DNA of 64,000 nt from an uncultured bacterium (GTDB lineage: Bacteria; Chlamydiota; Chlamydiia; Chlamydiales; JAAKFR01), in the NCBI GenBank assembly GCA_964588495.1, contig CAZPPS010000009.1:9833-73832 (forward strand), read 5' to 3'. Position 1 is the stretch's first letter. Each line of letters starts with the position of its first letter. The notes under the pieces are model-generated. The model did no database searches and had not been told where the DNA came from. It worked only from the letters and a program-made list of their open reading frames with translations. This document shows positions 1 to 9,977 of the stretch, piece by piece. The position numbers and the translations under genes were made by a program.

Positions 1-675
1 GACACAGCAGATTCATATGGACCCGAAGTTTCTGAAAACTACATCGCGCAAGCTCTTTATCCTTATCCCAAAGAGCTCATCATTGCCACCAAAGGGGGAA
101 TTTTGCGACCAGGACCTGATATGTGGGTCCCTTGCGGAAAACCTGAATATATCATTCAGTGTGTTGAAATGAGTTTACGCAGATTGCGTTTGGATCAGAT
201 CGATTTGTATCAACTCCACGCAATTGATCCAGAAATCCCTCTAGAAGAAACTCTTGAGGCGCTTAAATTGATGCAGAAACAAGGAAAAATTCGTTTTATC
301 GGACTTTCAAACGTTTCTGTTTCTGAAATTGAAAGGGCGCAAAAAATTGTCAAAATTGTCTCTGTCCAAAACAGATACAATATTGGAGAGCGTCAATCAG
401 AAGACGTGTTGAAGTATTGTGAAAACCATCATTTGGCGTTTATTCCCTGGTTTCCGATTGCCAGCGGCAATTTGGCACGCGCGGGTGGCCCATTAGAAAA
501 AGTGGCCAAAAGTAAAGGCGTTACACAATCGCAAGTCGCGTTGGCATGGCTTCTGAATCATTCTAAAGTGTGTATCCCAATTCCTGGAACATCTCACGTA
601 GAACATCTTGAAGAGAATATTGCGGCTTCGTCGCTGAAATTAACCGAAGAGGAGATGCGTCATTTGGGAGGGTAG
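1..675 (+). CDS. aldo/keto reductase family oxidoreductase (5' end outside window)
   Basis: The frame is open from base 1 (DTADSYGPEVSENYIAQAL...). AKR-like motifs are present (DTADSYG, IDLYQLH, IGLSN, IPGTSHVEHLEEN). The track start at 103 is an internal TTG. Confidence 0.85.
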   Translation, partial: DTADSYGPEVSENYIAQALYPYPKELIIATKGGILRPGPDMWVPCGKPEYIIQCVEMSLRRLRLDQIDLYQLHAIDPEIPLEETLEALKLMQKQGKIRFIGLSNVSVSEIERAQKIVKIVSVQNRYNIGERQSEDVLKYCENHHLAFIPWFPIASGNLARAGGPLEKVAKSKGVTQSQVALAWLLNHSKVCIPIPGTSHVEHLEENIAASSLKLTEEEMRHLGG

Positions 676-693
676 ACTATTTACCGAACAATC

Positions 694-706
694 GAGCACG
701 GGCACG
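694..706. repeat. half-copy of the GTGCCC-hexamer hairpin family (GAGCACGGGCACG)
   Basis: It has the same terminal motif CACGGGCACGT as the right ends of the copies at 32792 and 50427. It lies between convergent stop codons (675 and 710). Confidence 0.4.
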
Positions 707-709
707 TTT

Positions 710-1264
710 TTAAGCATGGCAATTGTTGCCAATATTCTTCATGATAAAATCCACGCGGTCCTCAACCGTGGTTTTGGGAAGCTCTAAAAGCTCAAAACCA
801 TATTCGGCATAAACTTTGACAATTCCCTGATAGACAGTGATTGCCTCTTCAAAGGTTTGTTTTCTTTCGTTGTCATTGCAAAAAATTTCCTCCCAAGGAG
901 GCGTTACAAACACTTTTTTGTTGTAGGAAAGCATGCGGACAGCTTCATGAAGCTCTTCAGAACGCTCTGATTTTGTGCGCCTCTCGTAAGCAATCAAATC
1001 AAAAATGCTCCGATCGAAAAAAGTCACAAAGTCACTCTGAATCACTGCTTGTCTATAAGAGGCAAGGGCATGCTCAAGCAAAAGTTCCCGGTAAACCGCG
1101 ATATTATTCCAGGGAACAGCATCCCCGCCAGAGCGCATTTGTTGCTGGATGATTGAACGCGCTCCTTCTTCGACACAGACGAAGCCCATTTTTCTCAAAG
1201 CTTCGATCACAGTTGTTTTTCCGCCACCCGGTCCACCTGTGATGATATAGAAATTCTCACCCAT
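710..1264 (-). CDS. P-loop ATPase (AAA_28 / NadR-like predicted ATPase)
   Basis: N-terminal Walker A IITGGPGGGKTT, ~184 aa, ATG at 1264. Family assignment rests on motif and size only. Confidence 0.65.
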   Translation of the reverse strand: MGENFYIITGGPGGGKTTVIEALRKMGFVCVEEGARSIIQQQMRSGGDAVPWNNIAVYRELLLEHALASYRQAVIQSDFVTFFDRSIFDLIAYERRTKSERSEELHEAVRMLSYNKKVFVTPPWEEIFCNDNERKQTFEEAITVYQGIVKVYAEYGFELLELPKTTVEDRVDFIMKNIGNNCHA

Positions 1265-1336
1265 TAAAGCTATCTCTTAATTTACCTCCATTAATATAAG
1301 CGGAAACGGGAGTTTTGGTCTAGAAACCTGATGGCC

Positions 1337-3136
1337 CTATAAATCAGTAGAAGTTTTTTCAAACTCAATCTTGGTTTTTTCAAACAATTCATAAAGTTCG
1401 TAGAGCTTAGCTTCCAGATCCTCGATCTGCTTTTGCCTGAGCCCAAAAGTTTTCAAAAAAATGGGCGCAACTTCCCCTGTTTCCAAAAGCGTCTGGTCCT
1501 TTTTTTGCTCCGCTTCGAGAGCAGCCAACTCTTTTTCACACGAATTGATTTGAGTCTGAACCGGTTTTAAAGCAGCAGATCTTGCAGCTACCCATTCTGC
1601 TCTTTCTCTCCGGTTATTTTTTGAACTTTCTTTGATCTCTTTCCCTTTTTTCTCCTCTTCCCAGCCTATTTTTTCCAAAAATGTATCGTAATCATAAGAA
1701 ATAGCTGTCTGGGTCGATTCATTGCACAAAATGAGCGTGTCAAAGCCCAGGCGTCTTAAAATCAGCTCACTATGCGTCACAATGATAATAGCGCCAGAAA
1801 AAGCTTCTAGCGCGTCAATCAACGCTTCAATAGATTCTATATCCAAATGATGTGTGGGCTCGTCCAAAAGGAGCAAATTGCAAGGTTTTGCCAAAATTTT
1901 TCCGAGAAGAACACGACTTTTTTCTCCTCCCGAAAGCGTGCCGATTTTCTTTTCAGAAAGAGGGCCGCTAAATAGCATCAAACCGGCAATCGCCTTTACA
2001 TCGGAATAGCTTAAGTCACCCCCTCCAAGAGCAATTTCCTGTTCAATGGTATGATCATTTTGGAGCCGTGAGACATGTGTTTGCCCAAAATAGCCGATGT
2101 TGAGTTGTCCAGCCGGAATCACTTCCCCAACTTTTGGTAAAAGATCACCGCCGAGCAAACGTAAAAGGGTTGATTTTCCTCTTCCGTTTTTGCCAATGAT
2201 CGCAATTCTCTCCCCTTTTTGCACTTCCAGTGAAAAATTGCGAATCAAGGGAGCTTCTGTGTATGAAAAAGAGAGGTTTTTGGCTTCCAGCAACTTTTTC
2301 CCGGCAAATGGGGCTTCCTGAAAAGCAAAAGACAGCGACAAAAGCGCGTTGAGTTTTTCCAAAACAGGTTCTTTGGCAAGCAGCTTCATTTTGGACCTTG
2401 CTTGGGTCGCTTTTGTGGCTTTTGCCCCAAAACGCTCCACAAACTGCTCTACACGTTCTTTTTTCTTATCTTGCTTCAAGCGTGTTTTTTCATGGACCTC
2501 TTCTTCCAAAAGAATCTGCTGGAAAAAAGCGATCGAGGAACCCTTCATCTTCCTGACTTTTTGCCGATGAATGCCAATCGTGTGCGTTGTGAGATTGTCC
2601 ATAAAATCGCGATCGTGAGAAACTAAGATGAACTCTCCTTGCCACTTACGTAAGAATTGGGTCAACCAACGCAGCGAAAGTATGTCAAGATAGTTAGCAG
2701 GCTCATCCAAAAGAAGGCAATCGGGCTCGGAAATTAAGACTTTTGCTAAATGTAAACGTAAATGAAAACCTCCTGAAAAGGTATTTGGAGGCATTTGAAG
2801 ATCTTTGTCTGTAAAGCCCAAGCCGAACAGAATTTTTTCAGCCTTGTAGACATGATCTTTTTCTTGTGGCGGAAGCGCCAAAAGAGCTTCTTCTAGCAAC
2901 GTATTTTGCGTAAATTTGATATGTTGCTGCAAAAACCCCAGTTTATAATTTTTGGGTACAGTGATCGTTCCCTTATCGGGTTGCATCTCCCCATCGAGAA
3001 GGCGCAAGATGGTCGATTTACCCGAACCATTACGCCCGATCAGGCCACATTTTTCCCCTTTTTGGATCGAAAACGAGACATCTTCAAAAAGGGGATGGCC
3101 CAAAAAGGCTAAAAAAACTTCATCAAATTGGATCAT
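1337..3136 (-). CDS. ABC-F family ATPase (two fused ABC cassettes, no TM domain; Uup/YheS-like)
   Basis: Two Walker A motifs (GRNGSGKST, GKNGRGKST), two signature motifs (FSGGFHLRL, LSGGEKSRV) and two Walker B motifs (LLLDEP). The C-terminal tail is a charged coiled coil. Confidence 0.9.
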   Translation of the reverse strand: MIQFDEVFLAFLGHPLFEDVSFSIQKGEKCGLIGRNGSGKSTILRLLDGEMQPDKGTITVPKNYKLGFLQQHIKFTQNTLLEEALLALPPQEKDHVYKAEKILFGLGFTDKDLQMPPNTFSGGFHLRLHLAKVLISEPDCLLLDEPANYLDILSLRWLTQFLRKWQGEFILVSHDRDFMDNLTTHTIGIHRQKVRKMKGSSIAFFQQILLEEEVHEKTRLKQDKKKERVEQFVERFGAKATKATQARSKMKLLAKEPVLEKLNALLSLSFAFQEAPFAGKKLLEAKNLSFSYTEAPLIRNFSLEVQKGERIAIIGKNGRGKSTLLRLLGGDLLPKVGEVIPAGQLNIGYFGQTHVSRLQNDHTIEQEIALGGGDLSYSDVKAIAGLMLFSGPLSEKKIGTLSGGEKSRVLLGKILAKPCNLLLLDEPTHHLDIESIEALIDALEAFSGAIIIVTHSELILRRLGFDTLILCNESTQTAISYDYDTFLEKIGWEEEKKGKEIKESSKNNRRERAEWVAARSAALKPVQTQINSCEKELAALEAEQKKDQTLLETGEVAPIFLKTFGLRQKQIEDLEAKLYELYELFEKTKIEFEKTSTDL

Positions 3137-3897
3137 TGATTTACTAGATATTGAAAAACTGAGGCATGCTGAAAGAACGTTTTAAGCGTCGATTCTGCAT
3201 AGCAGACATAAAGATGCCCATCTTTTTCAATAAAGTCCAAAAAAAGTGCTCGCTCGCTTGCATTTTGTGCAAAACCATGTGTGGGATCTTCGACTTGAGA
3301 TGAGCGCTTTCCGCGGCACAAATAAGCTTTTCGATCTTTTGAAACATTCAATTCTTCGAAACGGCCATCCAGGATGTTGAGATGGGCTGAAATGATCTCA
3401 TCCACACTTAAGGCGCTGAGTTCAAAGGCTCGTACATCCAGATAAAACGGGAGGCCCAGTTCTGTTTCGCCTAAGTAAAGGCGCTTTAAAATCTTAAAAG
3501 GCGCGACCCGCTCACTCTCTGTGCCGCAAATGCACAAAACATTGTAGAGTTGGTCAGGAAAAGCAAAAGGAATGGAGCCTTGAAGGGGCAAAAGTTTGTT
3601 CATTAACAGAGCTGTCAGCTCCCCTTCTGAGATCCCGTTGAGATTTTTACAGAGCGCGCGCACTCTTTCAATATCGCGCACAATTTCAAGGGCTCCCCCC
3701 TGCACTTTAGGCTGGACGTGGAGCCATGGGTTCTGCTGAGTGATCAGAACGGGGGCGGGCACATCTGGTTTGACATGTGTTTGATGGCTAACTGTATTTT
3801 TTTGAGTGACAGCTACCCAGCGCAGCACAATAAATGAGAGTGCGCAGACCAAAAAACAAAGGGATTGAACTTTTTTTCGTTGCGATACAGTTTTCAC
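3133..3897 (-). CDS. hypothetical protein with N-terminal membrane anchor
   Basis: GTG start overlaps the upstream stop (GTGA) and its own stop overlaps the ABC-F ATG (ATGA), implying translational coupling. Hydrophobic segment LCFLVCALSFIVLRWVAV. No family recognised. Confidence 0.55.
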   Translation of the reverse strand: MKTVSQRKKVQSLCFLVCALSFIVLRWVAVTQKNTVSHQTHVKPDVPAPVLITQQNPWLHVQPKVQGGALEIVRDIERVRALCKNLNGISEGELTALLMNKLLPLQGSIPFAFPDQLYNVLCICGTESERVAPFKILKRLYLGETELGLPFYLDVRAFELSALSVDEIISAHLNILDGRFEELNVSKDRKAYLCRGKRSSQVEDPTHGFAQNASERALFLDFIEKDGHLYVCYAESTLKTFFQHASVFQYLVNQ

Positions 3898-5210
3898 ATA
3901 ACCTCGGCAGCTAAAGCGGCAAGTGGGGAGCGCTCTGTTTTTTCCATAAATACATGTCCATATAGCTTGGATTCCTTGAATTTCGCAACTACATAGGTGA
4001 GGCCGTTGGAATTTTTATCCAAATAGGGATTGTCAATCTGCGTAGGATCCCCTGTAAGAACGACTTTAGTATCGGTTCCTGCTCGTGAAATAATCGTTTT
4101 GACCTCATGAGGAGTCAAATTTTGCGCTTCATCGATGATCATAAACATCTTGGGCAAAGATCTACCGCGGATATAAGTGACAGCTTCCATCTCCAACTTC
4201 TTGCTTTCAGTTACCCAGCGGAGCGTTTCATTGGGATCGTGGGCTGCCGATTCACACAAAAACTCCAGATTGTCATAAATGGGCTGCATCCAGTGGATCA
4301 ATTTTTCTTCCTTTAGGCCAGGCAGATATCCAATGTCCCTACCAAGAGGAACAATCGGGCGGCTCACGAGTATCCGATTGTAGATATTTTCGTCAAAAAC
4401 CTTCCGCAAAGCAGCTGCTAAGGCAAGCAACGTTTTTCCTGTCCCTGCAGGACCTATGAGCGTAATGAGCTTCACATCATCGCGCAAGAGCAAATCCAGG
4501 GCACATCTTTGTTCCACATTGAGAGGATTAATCCCCCAGACAGACGGTGGAAGGGGTAACAAGGAGACAACTTGCTTGAGCTTGGGATCATATTTGCCCA
4601 CTGCAGACGAATGGTACTCTGAGGTCATCAGACAGTATTCGTTAGGGAAAAATGGCTCAACCCCGTTTAGGGAAAGATCGACTTTGCCATCTTTAAAAAA
4701 CAGATCAATTGAGTGTTTGTCAAGCTCGAGTTTGCGGTAACCCCTATAGAGAAGATCGTAGTTATATTTTAGATTTTCATAATCTTCTGAAGCCATACCC
4801 ATGGCCTGGGCTTTGATGCGCATGGCCAGATCTTTTGAGACAAAAACCACTTTTTCACCTTTGTCGAAAAGGAAAAAAGCGGCCATGAGAATACGGTAGG
4901 AAATACTAGAGAGATTCAATGCAAAATTTGGGCTGAAATGGCTTTTAATTTCGATTTGAATGCGGATTGTGCATCCAGTGGGCAACGTAACCCCTGTATG
5001 CAGGTCTCCTGAGCCCATTTTTTTCAGAGAATCAAAATAGGCAAGAACACTCCGGGCATTTTTTCCCCGCTCATCGCGAAAACGCTTGATCTCGGCAAGC
5101 TCTTCAAAAACTCCAAGAGGGATAACAACGTCATTATCACCAAAAGCTTCGGGTGCTGCTGGATCATGTAGCAAAACGTTCGTGTCGATTACAAAGGTTT
5201 TTCTGGTCAT
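3894..5210 (-). CDS. phoH: PhoH-like ATPase with N-terminal PIN domain (YlaK-type)
   Basis: PIN-like N-terminus (FVIDTNVLLHDP), Walker A GPAGTGKT, Walker B MIIDEAQN, and the PhoH C-terminal block GDPTQID. Confidence 0.85.
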   Translation of the reverse strand: MTRKTFVIDTNVLLHDPAAPEAFGDNDVVIPLGVFEELAEIKRFRDERGKNARSVLAYFDSLKKMGSGDLHTGVTLPTGCTIRIQIEIKSHFSPNFALNLSSISYRILMAAFFLFDKGEKVVFVSKDLAMRIKAQAMGMASEDYENLKYNYDLLYRGYRKLELDKHSIDLFFKDGKVDLSLNGVEPFFPNEYCLMTSEYHSSAVGKYDPKLKQVVSLLPLPPSVWGINPLNVEQRCALDLLLRDDVKLITLIGPAGTGKTLLALAAALRKVFDENIYNRILVSRPIVPLGRDIGYLPGLKEEKLIHWMQPIYDNLEFLCESAAHDPNETLRWVTESKKLEMEAVTYIRGRSLPKMFMIIDEAQNLTPHEVKTIISRAGTDTKVVLTGDPTQIDNPYLDKNSNGLTYVVAKFKESKLYGHVFMEKTERSPLAALAAEVM

Positions 5211-5382
5211 TAGCGCTCTCTTTTTATTCCAATATCGCCTATATATGATTTCTTGGAAAAAAGAGGCAATTGAATAAAATTAGCAGTCGAAGATTTCGAA
5301 TGCTAAAAAGAGGTTGCCCAAAATCAAGCATTTTTAGTACACTATTGTATAGATTCTTGAAACAACAGAAGAGTTGGCTACC

Positions 5383-6141
5383 ATGAAAGTAAAAATTGAT
5401 GAAAAATTAATTTGTATTCCTCCTTATATTTCGACAACTTGGGAGCAAGTCATATTTCTTCAATCCGAAGAAGATGACCAAACCCACCTTTTCACCTTAA
5501 TTCTTCATTTAACGGATGGTAAAGAAGTCCGCATTCCTAGCCTTGACTCCTCTCTGGTCGATATCGCCTTTGCCGCCCACATAAAGTCTTTGGAAAGAAA
5601 AGGAGCGCCCGCATCTGCTGCACGTAATCCTGATAATTCAAAAGCTTTAGGCAATATACTCCAGCAGCTTACCGGCCTTTCAAGCGATCAAATCGCCAAT
5701 ATGCCCATCAAATTTGGAATTGCTGGCATGGAAGGCTTGCCCGGCATGGAAGTTCTTCAACACACTCAAAATCAGTCTGACTCGCCTGAAATGCCCGCTG
5801 AAGTAGTAGAGAAAATTTCAGGCATGATCAAGATGATGACAAATGGCGATGTTGCCTCATTTCCAAAGCCAGAGCCTCATTGCAACTGCCCCCATTGCCA
5901 GGTTGCTAGATCCATACATGGCATTTCAAAAATGGAAACTCCACAAGAGCCCGAAGTTGCTATCTCGGAAGAAGATTTAAGATTCCGCGACTGGGATATT
6001 ACACAAAAAGCGGACCAACTCTATTGCGTCACCAATCCTTTGGATCCGCAAGAGCAGTACAATGTCTTTTTGGGAACTCCTGTGGGATGTACTTGTGGGA
6101 CCGCTCATTGTGAGCACATAAAAGCAGTTCTGTATAGCTGA
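5383..6141 (+). CDS. hypothetical protein with C-terminal SWIM-like zinc-finger motif
   Basis: ATG at 5383 is preferred over the track's TTG at 5374. The C-terminus GCTCGTAHCEHIKAVL resembles CxC...CxH (SWIM) with a short spacer, and there is an additional CNCPHC. Confidence 0.55.
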   Translation: MKVKIDEKLICIPPYISTTWEQVIFLQSEEDDQTHLFTLILHLTDGKEVRIPSLDSSLVDIAFAAHIKSLERKGAPASAARNPDNSKALGNILQQLTGLSSDQIANMPIKFGIAGMEGLPGMEVLQHTQNQSDSPEMPAEVVEKISGMIKMMTNGDVASFPKPEPHCNCPHCQVARSIHGISKMETPQEPEVAISEEDLRFRDWDITQKADQLYCVTNPLDPQEQYNVFLGTPVGCTCGTAHCEHIKAVLYS

Positions 6142-6142
6142 T

Positions 6143-6185
6143 CCCGTGCCCGTGCCCGCCCGTTTCCCGATCGGGCCCGGGCACG
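6143..6185. repeat. GTGCCC-hexamer GC-rich hairpin (family copy)
   Basis: CCCGTGCCCGTGCCCGCCCG-TTTCCCGATC-GGGCCCGGGCACG starts 2 nt after the stop at 6141. Confidence 0.7.
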
Positions 6186-6276
6186 AGATTGTTGTTATGA
6201 CGACATTTCCCTTGACCAAATTCGAAATGTCGCTTAAAAACGTGGGTAAAAACTCTTTCTCCAGGAGAAATTACCT

Positions 6277-7416
6277 ATGTTCAAGCATCCTTTGTTGCTT
6301 TCTATATTTTTTCTAACAGCTTCTTTGCACATTCAGGCTCAGGATATCGGGGCCTATGAAAACAACCTTCCCTTCACAGGCGCTGTCAAAGCTTCTAAAG
6401 TGAGAATGCGTGTGGCTCCCAATCTTGATGGCCATGTCGTGCGCGAAACAGCAAATGGAGAGATGTTTATTGTCACATCCGAGATCAATGACTACTACTC
6501 TATCATTCCGCCGAAAGATGCTAAGGGATTCGTTTTTAGAACTTTCATTTTAGATGGAACTGTAGAAGCCGAGCGTGTCAATGTGCGCCTTTATCCCGAT
6601 ATTGACGCTCCTGTTGTAGGCCAATTCAACACAGGCGATAAAGTGACATGCGTTGTGAGCGATGTGAATAACAAATGGCTGGAAGTGAACCTTCCGGAAA
6701 ACAGCCGTTTCTATATTGCAAAGGAATACATTGAACATAAAGGACCTGTGGAACTTTTTGCAGCCACAGAAAAAAAGAGAGCCGAAGCGATTCATTGCCT
6801 AAGCGCAGCCTCTTTATTTGCACAGGCAGAAATTCAAAAGCCCTTTGAGCAAATCGATCTTGAACGTGTCACGGAAAGATTCCACCAAATCGAAAGAGAT
6901 TACCATGAATTACCATCGATTGTGGCTCAAGTGCGCGAAGCAACACAAGTGATTCAAGATGTTTATGTTCAGAAAAAAATTGCCTTCATCGAAGGGAAAA
7001 CCAGTTTTGGCAGAGCAGGCCTTGAAAAATTGAGCCAATACAACGAAGAGGGAACGACCGCTACTATTTTTGACGAACAGGACGTTACAGACAAAATGAA
7101 TGCCTGGCAGCCTCTGGAAGAATCTTTTTATCACCTTTGGGTTGCTGTCAATGGCGAGAAGGGATTGAACGAATTTTATGCAGATGCAGAGCAGTCTGCG
7201 ACGGTATTAACAGGCGTTGTAGAGCCATATACCCGTCCTGTTAAAAATAGACCGGGCGATTTTATTTTGAAGGTGGGCTCCCTTCCTGTGGCGTTTCTCT
7301 ACAGCACACGGGTTAATTTGGAGAAAATGGTAGGGCAAAAGATTACCGTTTTAGCCACTCCCCGTCCCAACCATAATTTCGCCTTCCCCGCCTATTTTGT
7401 CATCTCTGTCGAGTAA
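6277..7416 (+). CDS. secreted protein with SH3b-like repeats
   Basis: Signal peptide MFKHPLLLSIFFLTASLHIQAQD. Two repeats of the bacterial SH3 pattern (VRMRVAPNLDGHVV..GEMF.V; VNVRLYPDIDAPVVGQFNTGDKV). SD GGAG lies upstream. Confidence 0.65.
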   Translation: MFKHPLLLSIFFLTASLHIQAQDIGAYENNLPFTGAVKASKVRMRVAPNLDGHVVRETANGEMFIVTSEINDYYSIIPPKDAKGFVFRTFILDGTVEAERVNVRLYPDIDAPVVGQFNTGDKVTCVVSDVNNKWLEVNLPENSRFYIAKEYIEHKGPVELFAATEKKRAEAIHCLSAASLFAQAEIQKPFEQIDLERVTERFHQIERDYHELPSIVAQVREATQVIQDVYVQKKIAFIEGKTSFGRAGLEKLSQYNEEGTTATIFDEQDVTDKMNAWQPLEESFYHLWVAVNGEKGLNEFYADAEQSATVLTGVVEPYTRPVKNRPGDFILKVGSLPVAFLYSTRVNLEKMVGQKITVLATPRPNHNFAFPAYFVISVE

Positions 7417-7427
7417 CCTTAAACTAA

Positions 7428-7459
7428 TCCCAGGCCTTCTTTAGGCCTGGGATAATTTT
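7428..7459 (+). terminator. rho-independent terminator candidate
   Basis: 10-bp stem TCCCAGGCCT / AGGCCTGGGA with loop TCTTT, followed by TAATTTTG. It sits 12 nt after the stop at 7416. Confidence 0.55.
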
Positions 7460-7463
7460 GCTT

Positions 7464-8906
7464 ATGCCATTTGTTCGCCTTTTTTCTGCCGCTTTTGTAG
7501 GTCTGGAAGCACTTCCGGTGGAGGTAGAGGTCGATCTTGAGCCAAAAGTTGGCATGGTGCGCATTGTGGGACTTCCCGATGCCGCTGTCAAAGAGTCGAA
7601 AGACCGTGTTTTGCATGCAATTAAGAATAGCAACTATAGCGTCGATGAAATCACATGCACGATTCACCTTGCGCCTGCTGAAATCAAAAAAGTGGGGGCA
7701 TTTTACGACCTTCCCATCGCTTTGGGCATCTTACAAGGAATCCGAGCTTTCCACTCCAGCACTCTCGATCAGTACTTAATCGGGGGAGAACTTGGGCTAG
7801 ATGGAGAAATTCGCCCCATTTTTGGGAGTTTATCTTTGAGTTTGCTTGCCCAACAGTTGGGCAAAAAAGGAGTCGTGCTTCCACTTGCTAATGCCAAAGA
7901 GGCAGCTCTTGTCCCCGGTTTAGAAATCATTGGACTTCAAAATTTAAAAGAGGCAATCACCTTTTTTAAACTGGGACATGCCCCCAAATATGCACCCGAA
8001 CCAATTGAATTTAAAGAAGCCCAATGCTTAGTGGATATGAAAGATATTCGGGGGCAGATTCACGCCAAAAGAGCTCTTGAAATCGCAGCGGTTGGAAATC
8101 ACAATGTGCTGATGCAAGGGGCACCAGGTTCTGGCAAATCGATGCTGTCAAAGGCTTTCATTGGGATTTTGCCTCCCCTCACGCTCAATGAGGCTCTTGA
8201 GGTCACAAATATCTACTCTCTATCGGGCAATGGAAGTGATTTGATCAAAACGCGCCCTTTGCGCTCCCCACACCACACGATCAGTTATGCTGGAATGGTA
8301 GGTGGAGGCTCTTATCCAAAACCGGGAGAGATTTCACTTGCCCATAGAGGTGTTCTTTTTCTTGATGAGCTCTGTGAATTTTCAAGGGCAACTCTTGAAG
8401 TTTTAAGACAGCCCCTCGAAGATAAAGTCATTACGGTGAGCCGCGCAGGACAAAAAATCACTTTCCCCACAGATTTTATCTGCATTGCGGCGATGAATCC
8501 CTGTCCTTGCGGCTTTTTAGGCCACCCTGAGAAGGTTTGCCGGGATAGCCAAAAACAAATCGACCAATACCGGAGAAAAATCTCAGGCCCATTCCTGGAC
8601 AGAATTGACATTCAACTCGACGTCTCACCTGTTGCCTATGAAGACATCATGAGCTCTTCCCAAGCCGAAACCTCAGAAACCATCCGCAAACGGGTAGAGC
8701 ATGCCCAAGCAATCCGTTCCTCTATCTCAAGAGAGCTGGATGAACCCTGCAGGCTGCTCATGAAAGAAGCCTTCGATACTCTCAGTATCTCCGCACGCGC
8801 CTTCAACCGTATTGTCAATGTGGCCCAAAGCATCGCCGCCCTCGACAATAGCGCCACCATTTGTGATGCTCACCTCCTCGAGGCCCTCTCTTACAGAAAG
8901 CAATAG
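7464..8906 (+). CDS. comM: Mg-chelatase-like ATPase ComM/YifB
   Basis: N-terminal Lon-like domain (LPVEVEVDL..GLPDAAVKESKDRV), Walker A GAPGSGKS, Walker B LFLDEL, and the zinc cluster NPCPCG typical of YifB. ATG at 7464 is preferred over TTG at 7458. Confidence 0.9.
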   Translation: MPFVRLFSAAFVGLEALPVEVEVDLEPKVGMVRIVGLPDAAVKESKDRVLHAIKNSNYSVDEITCTIHLAPAEIKKVGAFYDLPIALGILQGIRAFHSSTLDQYLIGGELGLDGEIRPIFGSLSLSLLAQQLGKKGVVLPLANAKEAALVPGLEIIGLQNLKEAITFFKLGHAPKYAPEPIEFKEAQCLVDMKDIRGQIHAKRALEIAAVGNHNVLMQGAPGSGKSMLSKAFIGILPPLTLNEALEVTNIYSLSGNGSDLIKTRPLRSPHHTISYAGMVGGGSYPKPGEISLAHRGVLFLDELCEFSRATLEVLRQPLEDKVITVSRAGQKITFPTDFICIAAMNPCPCGFLGHPEKVCRDSQKQIDQYRRKISGPFLDRIDIQLDVSPVAYEDIMSSSQAETSETIRKRVEHAQAIRSSISRELDEPCRLLMKEAFDTLSISARAFNRIVNVAQSIAALDNSATICDAHLLEALSYRKQ

Positions 8907-8920
8907 TCCCAACCTTCCGT

Positions 8921-8938
8921 CCCCGTGCCCGTGCCCGG
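8921..8938. repeat. degenerate half-copy of GTGCCC-hexamer family
   Basis: CCCCGTGCCCGTGCCCGGG lies between the convergent stops of comM (8906) and cydB (8952). Confidence 0.45.
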
Positions 8939-8951
8939 GAAGTAAATGGGC

Positions 8952-9977
8952 CTAATAACTCATCTTGTCGAGTTTGACTTTGCCGCGGAAAAGACGGTAG
9001 ATGAAGATGCTGTAGCCAAAAACAGCTGGCAGGCCAATCGCCACGATAATTGCGAGGACTATGAGAGTTTTTTCGGAAGCAGCAGCGGTCACGATAGAGA
9101 TGCTATTTTGCTCAGGAAGGTATGAGGAGCGGATCAGCTGCGGAAAAGTGCCGATTGCAAAAAGAACCAGCAATAAAGCAATGTTTAGGCAAGAGCCGAT
9201 GAAAGCAAAGCCATAACGTTTGTGGTGTATTTCGCGGGGAATATTTGCAATCACAAACATGTTGGCAAGGGCAATTAACAAAAGGTAGGGTCGCTCACGG
9301 ATATTGACCACCATATGTTCCTGATAAATGAGCGTGACCACTGTAGTGATGGCGTAGGTCATGATGAAAAAAATCATGCAAGGTCTGACCCAATCGATAA
9401 CCTTGGCCTGTAAATCCCCTTCTGTTTTCATCACGAGATAGATCGTCCCATGCATCATAAAAAGAGCCAGTGTTAAAATGCCGACAATGACCGGATAGGG
9501 GCGAAAAAAAGTAGAGACGAGAGTCCCAATGTAGTTGTGATCACTATCCAAAGGGATTCCCTGGATCAAATTGCCAAGGGCTGCACCCACAGAAACTGCA
9601 ATCCCAACACTTGCGAGGAAAAACAAGACATCCCAGCTGCTGCGCCACCAAAGCATAGGTCTTTTGCTCCGAAATTCGATGGCAACTGCCCGGAAAATGA
9701 GGGCAAAAATCAGAAGTGTCAGAGGGATATAAAACGAAGATAACAAAGTCGCATAGGCCAAAGGAAAGCCCGCGAGCAAGCCCCCAATTAAGACGACAAG
9801 CCATACTTCATTGCCATCCCAAACAGGGCCGATGGCATTCAAGAAAAGCCTGCGCTCTTCATCTTTTCGGGCAAACAAATGGAGCGCTCCTACTCCCAAA
9901 TCAAAGCCATCGAGCATGGCATAACAGATGACTGACGCAATAATGATCACATACCAAAATACGATTAAAGAACTCAT
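8952..9977 (-). CDS. cydB: cytochrome bd ubiquinol oxidase subunit II
   Basis: Polytopic membrane protein of 341 aa with the typical CydB N-terminus (...DGFDLGVG...GPVWDGNEVWL). ATGA overlap with cydA. Confidence 0.9.
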   Translation of the reverse strand: MSSLIVFWYVIIIASVICYAMLDGFDLGVGALHLFARKDEERRLFLNAIGPVWDGNEVWLVVLIGGLLAGFPLAYATLLSSFYIPLTLLIFALIFRAVAIEFRSKRPMLWWRSSWDVLFFLASVGIAVSVGAALGNLIQGIPLDSDHNYIGTLVSTFFRPYPVIVGILTLALFMMHGTIYLVMKTEGDLQAKVIDWVRPCMIFFIMTYAITTVVTLIYQEHMVVNIRERPYLLLIALANMFVIANIPREIHHKRYGFAFIGSCLNIALLLVLFAIGTFPQLIRSSYLPEQNSISIVTAAASEKTLIVLAIIVAIGLPAVFGYSIFIYRLFRGKVKLDKMSY

